DNA of 49,055 nucleotides, filler included, from Basidiobolus ranarum (Eukaryota): NCBI GenBank assembly GCA_040143965.1. It is 2 parts of 2 records of this genome, joined end to end, with 100 filler letters (N's around TTAATTAATTAA, not from the genome) between each part and the next. Parts side by side here need not be neighbours in the genome. Positions count along the whole stretch, not along the records: positions 24,597 to 49,055 come from JASJQH010007028.1; 1 more part is not named here. One strand, 5' to 3'. Shown piece by piece: positions 47,400 to 49,055 of this stretch (position 1 is its first letter; each line of letters starts with the position of its first letter). The notes under the pieces were generated by a model. It saw only the letters and a program-made list of their open reading frames with translations, ran no database searches and was not told where the DNA came from. The position numbers and the translations under genes were made by a program.

Positions 47400-49055
47400 A
47401 GTGGGGATTGTACATAAATTTAATCTCAGAGACCTAGCTGTACAGTCCAGCAAAAGGAGATCATTTCTAGATAAGGAAGAACAAAGTAACAGATAGTATA
47501 TTGCTAGCAAATGGGAACACAAGTGGATGCATACATACCTTGTAGTTGTGTATGACTGGAATCAAGATAAGACTGACTGGATTCCCTTGATTTTAATGAC
47601 TCTTGGCTAGCATGAGAGTTAACAAGCATAAATACAACATGGTTTGGACTTGAACCTTTAAAAAAATAGTTTCTTCAAATGGTTCTGGCAAGTTCTGCCA
47701 AATATACTTGCAGGTCTATCTACTCCCTCAGCTGGATGCTGGTACTGTTGTGACAATTGTCTCTCAGAGAATTGTGAAACTCTGGTCACTATTTGCTTAT
47801 GTTTTAGTAAAGATTACTGAGGCTACAGATCAATGTATACAAACATTACATTTCTAGCATCTCATATAGTAGAAATATATCCATATTTAAAAGTCCTAAC
47901 AGGTTTTTGATGAAAACTGATATATTGTCTAACTTCCAGAATTTTGATGGTTTTTCTACTTACTGACTAGGCATGAAAAGGATAGCAAGTTGTCAGAATG
48001 TGTAAAAAAATCCTTAGTGTACATCTGACTATCTTGTTGGTGGAGTGATATACTGTTCTTTTGAGTCAATGGATAAACAATACAATAGTAATGGCAAAAA
48101 ACAAAAATATATAAAGTTAACTACCATTGTTACTATTGGCTATGAAATGAAAGTCTATGTTGTGAAATGCCAAGCCTGTGCACACTTGGTTATACTTTCT
48201 AGCCCATAAGGATGAAGCCTCTGATACCTTCAAGATATTCAAAGCAATGGTGGATACTTGAATACCCTGACAAAAATAAAATCAATTTGTTCCAGATTGG
48301 ATCCACCCCTTTGGAGCACAAAACCATCAGAGGACTGTCACAATATTAGCAGCTGCATTCTGCCAGAGATTTTGATAGCAAAATGGCAGCTTCTTAATGG
48401 TATTACAATGGTATTCATACATGGTGAAATATTGATCCTCTGATTTGGCATGCTTTATTTAATCATCAATAATTATTTGAAAATAACAATTTTCAAATGT
48501 CAAATTACTGGATTTACTGCTCTAGGAACTTGAATTGATAAGCATGCCTTTGTTTAGATATTTTAGGCTTTGTATTCCAGCCATAATCAGAATCAAAAGA
48601 TGGAAGAATCTTGTCATGTTTAGCCTCTACATATGCACATACCTGACTGATTGGACATAACTCAACAACATCAATATGCTTAATCAGCAAACTAACAGTG
48701 GAAAAATTGCTAAACATATGAAATTTAGAGTAGCACTGCCACTTGGCAAATAGCTGATTCTTGTTACCATTGACAATGAAATGAGCTCTTGGTTTTGACA
48801 AATTTCCATTAAGAATTGAGCCAAACAATCCCTAACTTGCAGTCAATAAATGTCCTGTCCCAAACAGATGTGTCATTTCTTGAATAGATTACCTATATCT
48901 ATAATAATAATACTGCATATCTCAATCTATCTCACCAAGAAGTCTGTCTTGCTGCTTTCCTAGAATGACCTTCATATTATCACATGAACAAAATAGCCCA
49001 AATTATGAAGATACTTACTCTGTGTCCAAGGATGGGCTATTGTTACCATTATTGT
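47400..49055. mobile_element. Highly degraded Ty1/copia retrotransposon remnants
   Basis: From 48181 (+) HTWLYFLAHKDEASDTFKIFKAMV*..KIKSICS resembles copia integrase (W.YFL..K.EA...FK.F...V....KIK.LRSD). Weaker RT/RNaseH-like words on the minus strand (KHIDV). CpG absent by eye. Confidence 0.65.

Overview
Eukaryotic, intron-rich fungal genomic DNA with short GT-AG introns and CTAAC/CTAAT-type branch sites. Gene content (DDX59, FAM72, double-PAS protein, CigA-like glycosyltransferase, AA11-like LPMO) points to an early-diverging fungus, possibly Basidiobolus-like; that assignment is inference. A 100-bp artificial spacer (N44-TTAATTAATTAA-N44, 24497-24596) joins two contigs. Left part: a CpG-poor foldback repeat, PAK/Ste20 kinase, head-to-head RPS28/RPS4, kinesin-5, Sec7/BIG ARF-GEF, penta-EF-hand protein, GH36 raffinose-synthase/Sip1 protein, a FAM72 homolog, and a secreted protein with two defensin-like Cys domains. 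That gene has an inverted second copy running into the gap. Right part: CpG-depleted decayed repeat DNA, an orphan ORF with an FFAT-like motif, a double-PAS protein, a TFAM/Abf2-like HMG gene divergent from DDX59, CKS1, MGM1, a degenerate O-fucosyltransferase-like gene, and a coiled-coil Rab11-FIP-like gene. It ends with a divergent pair of secreted intronless genes (AA11-like LPMO and a bacterial-looking bicupin with an altered Mn site), then copia remnants. The best novelty candidates are the duplicated tandem-defensin-like locus and the LPMO/bicupin pair. All family calls come from motif recognition by eye, not database searches.
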